A stretch of 64,000 bases of DNA, taken from Deltaproteobacteria bacterium (GTDB taxonomy: Bacteria; Desulfobacterota; Desulfobacteria; Desulfobacterales; JAHEIW01). Positions 17,717-26,062 of the stretch are shown in pieces; position 1 is the first letter of the stretch, and each line of letters starts with the position of its first letter. The translations under genes and the position numbers were made by a program. The notes below the pieces were generated by a model. That model was not told the DNA's origin. It did no database searches and saw only the letters and a program-made list of their open reading frames with translations. The stretch is from positions 976 through 64,975 of the forward strand of contig JAHEIW010000011.1 in NCBI GenBank assembly GCA_024639185.1, given 5' to 3'.

Positions 17717-20173
17717 TTGCGACGCGAAGATGTGGTTGAGATCAGTATCGATGGTCCCGTCAGCCGTAAATCCCGGCGCGGGCACTTCTTGCGGGTGGCC
17801 GGCCCGATCGGATTTGTTATTGTCATGCTGGCGGCCTTGCTGGCGATTACGGCATATTCTCAGTACAGCAATCGCCGCGGCACAAGGGTGCTTTCGGATG
17901 ATTTGCTGGGGGCGATTGAAAGACGTATCAGCAGTGAGCTCAAGGCCTTTTTTGAGCCGATTAGAGATACCGCCCGACTAACGGCTGACTTTTTCAATCG
18001 TATTTCCTTTGACGTGCACAACCGGGAATTTATAGAGCCAATTGCTTTCAGGGTGCTGGATAACCTTCCCCAGGTCAGCAATTTCATAGTGGCTGATCCC
18101 CGGGGTAATTTTTTGATGATCAGCCGGATGCCGGACGGATCCATGCACACTAAAACTATTGCGCGCACGCCGGAGGCGACCCGGGTTACCTGGATCCGTC
18201 GGGACACGACCGGCAAGGTGATTGCCAGGGAAATATCCACAGATGATTCCTACGATCCGCGCAATCGGCCCTGGTATACGGAGGCGGTGGCCAGCCGCGA
18301 TGTGCGCTGGTCGGATTTCTATATTTTTTTTACCAGTCAAGCACATGGTACAACCATCTCTATGCCGATTCTCGGGGAAGCCGACCAACTTCAGGGTGTC
18401 TTTGGGCTGGATATCGAATTAAAGGTAATCAGCGCATTTCTTCAAACATTGAAAATTGGCCAGCAGGGTGAGGCCATCATTGTTGACGAAGACGGCTACA
18501 TCGTTGCCCATCCGGAAATTGAAAAAGCGATAAAAAAAGACGGCGATCGGTACAGGCCGATTCGGGTTGAAGAATTGGGAAATCAGATTTTGAACCGCGC
18601 CTACAACCGCTTCCGCATCGATGGGCACGGCCGGCGCGATCTGACCATTGCGGGTAAGCGTTATCTGAGTTCTGCTTTTGCGCTTCCCCGCAAAACAGGC
18701 GGAAATTTAACGGTATTTATTTTCGTGCCGGAAGAGGACTTTGTCGGCTTTGTGTCACGTAACAACCGTGCCATGTTACTGATGTCCACCGGCATCGTTG
18801 CTTTAGCAGCCCTGATGGCCGGGCTGCTGGTTTTCCAGGGCCTGCGGGCGGAGCGCAACGCCCAGCTGGTGCTCGATCGCCAGGATGAACTCGAGGCCCA
18901 GAGCCGGGCTTTCTCCGAACTATCATCCACAGCTGCCCTGTTTGATGCCGAAAATACCGATTCCTTCAGAAAGTTGACCGAGATTGTCACCGATGCGGTC
19001 AGCCTGAGACGCACCAGTGTGTGGCATTTCGATGATAACGGCCAATTTTTGCGGTGCGTCGACAGTTATGATCGCGAGAGCAATGGCCATACAGAGGGGA
19101 CCGTGCTGGCGCGGGCAGATTTTGTGCCGTTCTTTGACATGTTGCAGAACGGTGAAGTTATCAGGGCCGAGGACGCTGAAAATGATAGTCACGTGGCCGA
19201 GCTGTACCGGGTGTACCTGCAACCGCTGGGCTGTGAATCATTGTTGGCGGTACCGATTCGGTATCGCGGTCAGACACCAGGGGCCCTGTGGTTCGAGCAT
19301 GATCGACAGCGCGACGGCTGGTCGAGCGAAGAAATCTCCTTTGCGCATGCCATTGCCGACATGCTGGCGCTTCGGTTGTCAGTGGATCCGGAATGCATCC
19401 GTGCATTTACTCAACCGGAAGAAGATACCGGAACTGCAGAGGCACCCGGTGCCCTATCGCCGGAACCAGCTGCGGTTGCCGGAGACATTCGAGCCGAGGA
19501 ACCTCCTATTGCATCCGATACCGCCCAGCAACGGTCGAGCCCGAATTCGACGGGCAGAAAAACGCCCGTCATCTCGTTTTTGGATCGTCTAAAAGCCGGG
19601 GGTATCGACCCCGATCAAACCGCTGCGGATATCTTCCCAGATATGACAGTTCTGGTCCTGCAATTTACCGACACCATATCCCTTGCCGGGCGTATGACGG
19701 ATACCGAGTCAACAACGACGGTTGATCAAATGGTCGGTCACCTGGAAGATCTGGTCACAGCCCGGGGCATCGACTACATGAAGGTGATGGGGGAGGAAAT
19801 CGTCTGTGCGGCGGGATTTGACGCTGGATCTGAAGGACATGCCGTTCTGATCGCTGACCTGGCACTCGGGATCCAGAATCACTGTGCCGGCCTGTTTGCA
19901 TCGCTAAACGCAGCCATGGAATTCCGGATCGGGATCGACACCGGGGCTGTTTTGGGCAGTTCGGTGGGTCGTAAAGCAAAAACATATAATATATGGGGCG
20001 AGTCGGTTCGTTTTGCATCCAAGATGGCAGATTCCGGAATACCCGGTGGCATTCAGGTGTCGGAAACCACCTATCGTCGTCTGCGCGCCCATTACCTGTT
20101 TAAATTGCGCGGCCGCTATTATTTGCCCAACATCGGTGAAACCTCAACCTATTTTCTGACAGGACAAATATGA
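17717..20173 (+). CDS. membrane sensor protein: Cache-like periplasmic domain, TM, GAF, class III cyclase-homology domain (non-canonical catalytic residues)
   Basis: 818 aa. TTG start preceded by GGAGG. Two TM segments flank a ~300-aa Cache-like region. GAF region (...LLAVPIRYRGQTPGALWFEH). The C-terminal CHD has FTD, MKVMGEE and WGESVRFASK at the conserved motif positions. Confidence 0.8.
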   Translation: MRREDVVEISIDGPVSRKSRRGHFLRVAGPIGFVIVMLAALLAITAYSQYSNRRGTRVLSDDLLGAIERRISSELKAFFEPIRDTARLTADFFNRISFDVHNREFIEPIAFRVLDNLPQVSNFIVADPRGNFLMISRMPDGSMHTKTIARTPEATRVTWIRRDTTGKVIAREISTDDSYDPRNRPWYTEAVASRDVRWSDFYIFFTSQAHGTTISMPILGEADQLQGVFGLDIELKVISAFLQTLKIGQQGEAIIVDEDGYIVAHPEIEKAIKKDGDRYRPIRVEELGNQILNRAYNRFRIDGHGRRDLTIAGKRYLSSAFALPRKTGGNLTVFIFVPEEDFVGFVSRNNRAMLLMSTGIVALAALMAGLLVFQGLRAERNAQLVLDRQDELEAQSRAFSELSSTAALFDAENTDSFRKLTEIVTDAVSLRRTSVWHFDDNGQFLRCVDSYDRESNGHTEGTVLARADFVPFFDMLQNGEVIRAEDAENDSHVAELYRVYLQPLGCESLLAVPIRYRGQTPGALWFEHDRQRDGWSSEEISFAHAIADMLALRLSVDPECIRAFTQPEEDTGTAEAPGALSPEPAAVAGDIRAEEPPIASDTAQQRSSPNSTGRKTPVISFLDRLKAGGIDPDQTAADIFPDMTVLVLQFTDTISLAGRMTDTESTTTVDQMVGHLEDLVTARGIDYMKVMGEEIVCAAGFDAGSEGHAVLIADLALGIQNHCAGLFASLNAAMEFRIGIDTGAVLGSSVGRKAKTYNIWGESVRFASKMADSGIPGGIQVSETTYRRLRAHYLFKLRGRYYLPNIGETSTYFLTGQI

Positions 20174-21012
20174 ACGACGAAGGCGTTATATCAGGAAAAA
20201 ACGGCACATCGCATGCGGGATCGATGCTGAGGCGCTTGCTAGCAATCATCGGAAAATGGACGATTGGCTTCTGGCAATGGCCGGTTCTATTTATCAGCGA
20301 TGCCGTTGCCGTCATCTGGCAAAGTTTACGCCCGATTACCTGGCGACGGTCGATCCGCGCCGAGTTTTTGCGTCAGTGTCAGCAGGTGGGCGCACAGGCG
20401 TTGCCCTTTATTCTGGTTGCCGGCGTTTTTGTGGGATTTGGCCTGGTCGCACAGGCTTATCACTGGCTCACCGTCTTCGGCAGCACCCGATTGTTCGGCG
20501 GATTTCTGTCGGCAATACTCGTACGTGAAATAGCGCCGGTGCTGGTGGGCCTGATTGTGATCGGGCGCAGCGGCTCGACCCTGCTGGTCGAATTGGGTAC
20601 CATGAAGACCGCAGGCCAGGTCCACATGCTGGATGCCCAGGGCATCGATCCATTCCTGTATCTCGTGGTGCCGCGGGTGCTGGCATTCAGCATTTGTATG
20701 TTTTCATTGACGACGGCTTTTGTGGCCGTGGCGCTCTTAGCGGGCTTTTTTTCAGGTGTGCTGATCGGCATCACCCAATTTTATTTTTTCGATTTTCTCG
20801 GCCGCGCGATCGGCTCAATGGGTTGGCAAACATATGTGTTGTTCGCGTTAAAGACGGTTACCATTGGCTTTGCAATTGCGCTGATATCATGCAGGACGGC
20901 CGTGTCGCTAACCGGCGTCTCGGCCAACGTACTGGATATCATGCCGCGAGGCTTTGCCCTATCGGCGTTGGCGACGTTAATCATTTCGATAGCTCTGACA
21001 ATTTTATTCTAG
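20170..21012 (+). CDS. mlaE: MlaE-family ABC transporter permease
   Basis: MlaE/YrbE signature region (REIAPVLVGLIVIGRSGSTLLVELGTMK...Q..ML...GIDP). ATGA overlap with the cyclase stop. Confidence 0.88.
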   Translation: MNDEGVISGKNGTSHAGSMLRRLLAIIGKWTIGFWQWPVLFISDAVAVIWQSLRPITWRRSIRAEFLRQCQQVGAQALPFILVAGVFVGFGLVAQAYHWLTVFGSTRLFGGFLSAILVREIAPVLVGLIVIGRSGSTLLVELGTMKTAGQVHMLDAQGIDPFLYLVVPRVLAFSICMFSLTTAFVAVALLAGFFSGVLIGITQFYFFDFLGRAIGSMGWQTYVLFALKTVTIGFAIALISCRTAVSLTGVSANVLDIMPRGFALSALATLIISIALTILF

Positions 21013-21028
21013 CAATGGGTAAGTTGTA

Positions 21029-21736
21029 ATGACAGCAACAGTTAAACGGGAGCGCGTGATTCTGCAATTCGATGATACCGTTTTCACAGACACATCCGGG
21101 GCTGTCGCTCAGTCCGATGAAGTCAGCCTGAGTGCCTGCGCTGGCGATCTGATCTTGATCCGTCTGGCCCGTCTGGACCAAACAACAGGCCTGGCAGATG
21201 CATGCGCCGGAATCCTGAGGCCAAGCCGCGGTGCCGTCCGTTTTCTGGGACGCAACTGGCCGGAGCTGACACCGGACCAGGCCAATGCGCTGCGGGGTCG
21301 GATCGGTCGTGTTTTTAAGACCGGCAATTGGGTTAGTCACTTATCGGTCATGGATAATATATTGCTTCACCAGCGACACCATACCCGCCGATCTGTCCAG
21401 CGGCTGTGCGAGGAGGCCGGGGAGCTGTCACAGAAATTTGGCCTTCCCGGGCTTTCTTTAGAGCTGCCCGGGGATTGTACCGCAGGCGACCTGAGGCGCG
21501 CGGCCTGTGTGCGGGCATTTCTGGGTCGGCCCCTGCTGATCCTGCTGGAAGAACCCACAAGCGGCATTTTCCTCGAGGTGATATCTGCATTGATGGGCGC
21601 CATTCGCGATGCACGTGATCGCGGGGCCGCAGTCATCTGGCTGACACAAAAAGGTTTAATCTGGAAAGATCAAACGCTGCCGGTAACCAGACGCTATCGA
21701 TTAATCGCCGGGAGGTTGATGGAGGTGACACCGTGA
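21029..21736 (+). CDS. MlaF-like ABC ATPase homologue with degenerate nucleotide-binding motifs
   Basis: Collinear with ABC ATPases. The Walker A position reads RLARLDQTT, the signature position CTAGDL, Walker B LLILLEEP, and the H-loop position TQK. Confidence 0.65.
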   Translation: MTATVKRERVILQFDDTVFTDTSGAVAQSDEVSLSACAGDLILIRLARLDQTTGLADACAGILRPSRGAVRFLGRNWPELTPDQANALRGRIGRVFKTGNWVSHLSVMDNILLHQRHHTRRSVQRLCEEAGELSQKFGLPGLSLELPGDCTAGDLRRAACVRAFLGRPLLILLEEPTSGIFLEVISALMGAIRDARDRGAAVIWLTQKGLIWKDQTLPVTRRYRLIAGRLMEVTP

Positions 21737-22779
21737 AAGAGATGCTGCCGCAACCGAAATTTCGTTATACCAATGAAACGGTCGGATTGTTTGTGCTAAT
21801 CTTCGTAATGATTTTTATCGCCGGGCTATTATACTCCGGTCAGGTCCGCAAATGGTTCAATCCCGGTGAAACGCTCAAGGTTGTTTTGCCCGATGAAGGC
21901 CTTTTTGGTCTGGCGAAAGGATCGCCAGTCGAAATTCTGGGAACCAAAGCGGGGGAAGTCACGGATATTGTCATCAATCCCGACGAAAAGATACATGCGA
22001 ATGTACGCATTGATAGTGACATGGCGGTATTTGTACGCAGCGATTCAAAAGCTTCCATTCTCAAGACATTCGGCATCGCCGGTGATGCCTATCTTGAAAT
22101 TACACGGGGCAGCGGGGCCGAGCTGGATTGGGAATTTGCGGTCCTTACCGTCGAATTGGATCGCAGTACATCCGACACTCTGGCTGAGTTAATCGATAAT
22201 CTGCGGGAAAAGGTTTTGCCGGTTGTCGATGATGCCCATGAAGCGATCCTTGTCTTGACGGCAGTGGTAAGGGATCTGCAGCACGATGAAAAGGGCGTCC
22301 AGAATTTGCTGGCGAATCTGAATTCCATCGCCGATAAGATCGACAGCGGAGAGGGGACTATCGGGCGCCTGCTGACTGAAGATAAGCTTGTAAGAAACTT
22401 AGAAGACCTGGTTGCGCGTGTAGCAAAGCTTTTTGACGATTTGAAGGAAACGGTTCAAAACGTTGCAGCGTATTCAGTTGAATTTGATAATGAAACCGGC
22501 GATATCCCTCAAATTACGCGCAGTCTGAAAAAGACCATGGCGTCAATGGAAATCGTGATGAAAGACCTTAGCAAAGCAACGCCACAGCTGCCGAAGATTG
22601 TCGAAAATGTCGGCGACACTGCGGATAGCGTCCCGATCCTCGTTTTGCAACTGCAACAGGTGATGGTCGAAATGGAGCGTTTGATCCAGCAATTGCAGTC
22701 TCACTGGCTGCTGGGGGGTGGCTCCCGCCAGCCGTCACAGGCGGATAGCCGAATATCACCGCTGGAGGTAAACCCATGA
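21733..22779 (+). CDS. mlaD: MlaD/MCE-domain protein
   Basis: N-terminal TM anchor, then an MCE domain (LFGLAKGSPVEILGTKAGEVTDI...), then a long helical C-terminus. 4-nt overlap with the upstream gene. Confidence 0.85.
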   Translation: MKEMLPQPKFRYTNETVGLFVLIFVMIFIAGLLYSGQVRKWFNPGETLKVVLPDEGLFGLAKGSPVEILGTKAGEVTDIVINPDEKIHANVRIDSDMAVFVRSDSKASILKTFGIAGDAYLEITRGSGAELDWEFAVLTVELDRSTSDTLAELIDNLREKVLPVVDDAHEAILVLTAVVRDLQHDEKGVQNLLANLNSIADKIDSGEGTIGRLLTEDKLVRNLEDLVARVAKLFDDLKETVQNVAAYSVEFDNETGDIPQITRSLKKTMASMEIVMKDLSKATPQLPKIVENVGDTADSVPILVLQLQQVMVEMERLIQQLQSHWLLGGGSRQPSQADSRISPLEVNP

Positions 22780-23702
22780 GGTGTTATCTGCGTTTGATTT
22801 ATGGGATGGGATTTATCGGCTTGCTGATGGCAGTTGCTGTTTTGACGCTGAGCGGTTGCGGGTCTTCACCACCGAAGCAAAAAGGTCCGGCCCCCGATAA
22901 AGAGCTGCAGCGGTTTAACAGCGCTGCGCGACAGGCCTTTGATAAGAGTCGCTTCGAGCAAGCTGCCAACTTTTACCGTAAGGCACTGGAGCGTGCATAC
23001 GTGCGCGATGATACAGCCGCAATTCTGGATGCCCAGTATAATCTGGCAGTTTGTTTGCTGAACCTGCAATCCTATGATGAGGCGCTTGAAGTGGTCCGGT
23101 GCGCCAACACCGAAATGGCGTTAGCGGATCACGGCAAATCGGTCGATTTTTTGCTTTTGGAAGCCACCGTCCTTCACAGGGGCGGGGATCTGAACGCCGC
23201 CTGGCAGGCGACCGATCAAATTTTATCCATTCCGTCACAATCCTCTTCAATTATTAAAAGCAAAACCCATTTTCTGCGGGGCTTGATGGCCAGCGAACAG
23301 GAGGACCTGGATCAGTTGCGTGTGGAGATTACCGCCTTAGGGCAACCAGAGCAATCACGGCTGCGGGCCGATTATCAGGAGCTGGTCGGGCGTCTGGCCA
23401 TGGCCGGACAAAACTGGGATGCTGCTATTGATGCATTTGACAACGCAACGAACCTGCGCCGTGAAATGCTAGATTATCGGGGTATGGTGAGGGTCGTCGT
23501 CCTGGCGGGCGAAGCCAGTCAAAAGGCGGGGCGCACGCGGGAGGCTGCCATTTATTATCTGAGAGCCGGCCGAAGCGCTTTTTGGCAGGACCAGTTTGAT
23601 GATGCCCGCCAATGGCTGAATGAGTCCATCCAGCTGGCTACCAGCGCCAATGAAGATCAAATCATCGAGGAGGCCCGCAGCCTTTTGCGGCAAAATCATT
23701 AA
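22776..23702 (+). CDS. TPR-repeat lipoprotein
   Basis: Lipobox LTLSGC. Several TPR-like helical repeats (AANFYRKALERAY..., YNLAVCLLNLQSYDEAL). 4-nt overlap with mlaD. Confidence 0.7.
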   Translation: MRCYLRLIYGMGFIGLLMAVAVLTLSGCGSSPPKQKGPAPDKELQRFNSAARQAFDKSRFEQAANFYRKALERAYVRDDTAAILDAQYNLAVCLLNLQSYDEALEVVRCANTEMALADHGKSVDFLLLEATVLHRGGDLNAAWQATDQILSIPSQSSSIIKSKTHFLRGLMASEQEDLDQLRVEITALGQPEQSRLRADYQELVGRLAMAGQNWDAAIDAFDNATNLRREMLDYRGMVRVVVLAGEASQKAGRTREAAIYYLRAGRSAFWQDQFDDARQWLNESIQLATSANEDQIIEEARSLLRQNH

Positions 23703-23927
23703 AAGGTTTAATTTTTGAGTTGATCCCTGCTCTGAAGCAAGCAGGATGCTTCGGCTGTATTTCAGGCGCCTAAGCATCAAAAACACCAGGACCGCAATGA
23801 TTGCCGTGGCAGCCATCACCAAAAACGGCAATCCGGTGCCGTTGGGCGCCATCGACCCCGCCCAGGCGTACGGTATGACTAAAAAGAATAGTGTCAGGGT
23901 GATGAAGACACCCGGCCAACAAAACAT
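23469..23927 (-). CDS. possible small two-TM membrane protein (doubtful)
   Basis: The first ~60 codons encode two clean hydrophobic helices. The remaining ~234 nt overlap the 3-prime end of the convergent TPR gene, so the real extent and existence are uncertain. Confidence 0.25.
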   Translation of the reverse strand: MFCWPGVFITLTLFFLVIPYAWAGSMAPNGTGLPFLVMAATAIIAVLVFLMLRRLKYSRSILLASEQGSTQKLNLLMILPQKAAGLLDDLIFIGAGSQLDGLIQPLAGIIKLVLPKSASAGSQIINGSLPRAPRLLTGFARQDDDPHHTPII

Positions 23928-24178
23928 CGGTCACCTCTCACATAAAATATTGATTTTATACTAATTTTTCATATAAGATATTGCATTCATCATTACAAGT
24001 CGATTATATTCTGACGTGAAGCACCCTCATAAATAGTAGATCATGTGATCTGGTTTGTCAGCCTCCCGCGGGGCGTTGCCTGTTCGAAAATACGTGATGT
24101 CTGATGATATCGTTTATGCAACGGGCTAACTGGCTGGCGGGCAACACGCTCAACCAGTTTATAACCGGAGTTTCTGCC

Positions 24179-25327
24179 ATGAACAAAGAAGCGATCAATA
24201 AATGGGTGTTGCTGCTGCTGGTTTTTTTTATCTCGGCTCTTTTTTTGTCAATGATCCGCCAGTTTCTGATGGCCATTTTTCTGGCCGGCATTTTTTCAGC
24301 TCTATCCTATGCGCTGTATCGACGCTTTGAAAGCTGGTTCGGCGGACGCCGTGCTTTAGCTTCAATAGTGACCCTTTTGCTAATTGTTGTTGTCGTTATT
24401 ATACCACTTGGGGCCTTGTTAGGAATTGTTATCGATCAGGCGTTCAAGGTGGGCCAAGCCGCCACGCCCTGGGTGGCTGAGCGACTCTCCCAGCCGGATG
24501 AGATCACCGAAGCCTTAAAATCCCTTCCATTTTATGATCGCATCGAACCTTACCGCAATCTGATCCTGACCAAGGCCGGTGAGTTGGTCGGCCATATCAG
24601 CGGCTTCTTAATTAACCGTCTGCGATCATATGCCCTGGGAACGGTCAATTTCATTTTTATGCTGTTCATTATGCTGTATACCATGTTCTTTTTTCTTATG
24701 GACGGCGATAAGCTGATCGAGAAAATTCTGTATTATTTGCCGCTGGAGGACCAGGATGAGCGCCGCATGTTGAACAAGTTCACTTCGGTCACGCGTGCGA
24801 CGCTCAAAGGTACCGCGGTCATCGGCATCCTGCAGGGCACCCTGGCCGGTGCGGCATTTGCGGTGGTGGGCATTGACAGCGCGGTGTTCTGGGGCACCAT
24901 CATGGCGGTACTTTCCTTTATCCCGGGCATCGGTACGGCGCTGGTGTGGGTGCCGGCGGTGATCATTCTGGCCGCCACCGGACACTTTGCCAAGGCCATC
25001 GGGCTGGGTGTGTTCTGTGCGGCGGTGGTGGGCAGCATCGATAACCTGCTGCGCCCCATTCTGGTGGGTCGCGACACCCAGATGCACGAGCTGATGATTC
25101 TTTTTGGAACCCTGGGCGGTATTATCATGTTCGGTGTGGTGGGCATCATCATCGGCCCGATCGTGGCAGCCTTGTTTGTCACGGTCTGGGAAATATATGG
25201 GGCGGCATTTCAGGATATATTACCTTCTGTGGGAATCTCTACGCTTGAGGGTAAATCCAAGAATTCAAATGGGGAGTTGCTTCCCGATGATTTCGACACT
25301 GAAGCAGATGCTCCGCCGGAATCTTAG
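24179..25327 (+). CDS. AI-2E family transporter (PerM/YhhT, UPF0118)
   Basis: Eight predicted TM helices with typical AI-2E family sequence (...LRPILVGRDTQMHEL...). ATG at 24179 (MNKEAINKW) preferred. Confidence 0.85.
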   Translation: MNKEAINKWVLLLLVFFISALFLSMIRQFLMAIFLAGIFSALSYALYRRFESWFGGRRALASIVTLLLIVVVVIIPLGALLGIVIDQAFKVGQAATPWVAERLSQPDEITEALKSLPFYDRIEPYRNLILTKAGELVGHISGFLINRLRSYALGTVNFIFMLFIMLYTMFFFLMDGDKLIEKILYYLPLEDQDERRMLNKFTSVTRATLKGTAVIGILQGTLAGAAFAVVGIDSAVFWGTIMAVLSFIPGIGTALVWVPAVIILAATGHFAKAIGLGVFCAAVVGSIDNLLRPILVGRDTQMHELMILFGTLGGIIMFGVVGIIIGPIVAALFVTVWEIYGAAFQDILPSVGISTLEGKSKNSNGELLPDDFDTEADAPPES

Positions 25328-25341
25328 CCTTCGGCTTTAGC

Positions 25342-25496
25342 AGGTTTCGGGTTTCAGGTGTCTGGTGTCAGGAAGATTTAAATGACAGAGCACAGAACTC
25401 AGATGATAGAAGACCAGGAACAGACGGTCGTTTTTAATGAGTCATCTGATCGCTGTAATCTTTTAGCTGACACCTGAGCACTGACACCTGAAACCT
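25342..25496. repeat. ~155-bp imperfect palindrome in a 3-prime UTR
   Basis: Outer arms aggtttcgggtttcaggtgtctggtgtcagg / gctgacacctgagcactgacacctgaaacct. Inner stems aagatt/aatctt and tcagatga (25399-25406) / tcatctga (25442-25449). Confidence 0.75.
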
Positions 25497-25545
25497 AATT
25501 GAGAATAGAGGCCAGAAGCGAGAAGCCAGCGGCCAAGGAAGCACT

Positions 25546-25690
25546 AAAAGCTATTTATAAAATAGTAAATTATTGCCACGGGCAAGGCGAAAACCGATTC
25601 AAAGGCGGAGCATACACGTTAGTATTCGAGTATTTTGAATCGGTTTTTAACAAAGCCCATGGGCGTAAGATGCATTTTAAAATAGCTTTT
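25546..25690. repeat. ~142-bp near-palindromic intergenic element, family A, full copy
   Basis: Termini aaaagctatttataaaat / attttaaaatagctttt. The core ggcaaggcgaaaaccgattcaaaggcggagcatacacgttagtattcgagtattttgaatcggttttt is nearly identical to the rc of the 60081-60222 copy. The right end overlaps the ridA-like stop codon. Confidence 0.88.
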
Positions 25691-25964
25691 AAATATATGC
25701 CGTGGCTGTAATTTCAACTCTAGTATTGAAGGGCAGGCTGCCGGCCTGGATGCAGGTGCGGGCCGGACGACTTTTTTTAAAATATTTCAGGTAGACGTCA
25801 TTAAAGCGCGCGTATTCTGCGATGTCGAGAAGATAAACTGTAACTGTCAAAACTTTATCTAAGGAGGAGCCGGCCTCTTCCAATATGATTTGTAAATTCT
25901 CTAACCCCAGCTCAGCTTCTTCTTCCAGCGTACCCGGCTTTATCTGATTGGTTTGGGGATCCAC
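25689..25964 (-). CDS. RidA/YjgF-family protein, apparently truncated at the 5-prime end
   Basis: C-terminal RidA pattern (...PARTCIQAGSLPFNTRVEITATAYI). The frame stays open upstream to 26036 and encodes ...SNSQAIIHNGIIYVSGQGA. There is no ATG/GTG/TTG before the in-frame TAG at 26037-26039. Confidence 0.6.
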   Translation of the reverse strand: MDPQTNQIKPGTLEEEAELGLENLQIILEEAGSSLDKVLTVTVYLLDIAEYARFNDVYLKYFKKSRPARTCIQAGSLPFNTRVEITATAYI

Positions 25965-26062
25965 CGCTCCCTGGCCGGAGACATAGATAATCCCATTGTG
26001 GATGATGGCTTGCGAATTGGAACACAGCCAGTGGCCCTAAGATGAATTTTTAAAACGATTTT

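Noticed and set aside
17860-19592. Series of 80-190-aa ORFs on both strands within the cyclase gene
   Set aside because: All overlap the 818-aa sensor ORF, whose Cache, GAF and CHD architecture is coherent. Their translations are Arg/Pro/Ser-rich, as expected for off-frame GC-rich readthrough.
23469-23702. C-terminal half of the 152-aa minus-strand ORF as real coding sequence
   Set aside because: This part overlaps the well-supported TPR lipoprotein gene by 234 nt on the opposite strand. Only the N-terminal two-TM portion (23703-23927) looks protein-like, so the whole ORF is kept only as a low-confidence feature.
25499-25711. 70-aa ORF in the AI-2E / ridA intergenic region
   Set aside because: Most of it (25546-25690) lies within the family A palindromic element. 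The equivalent frames in the other copies are not conserved or not open.
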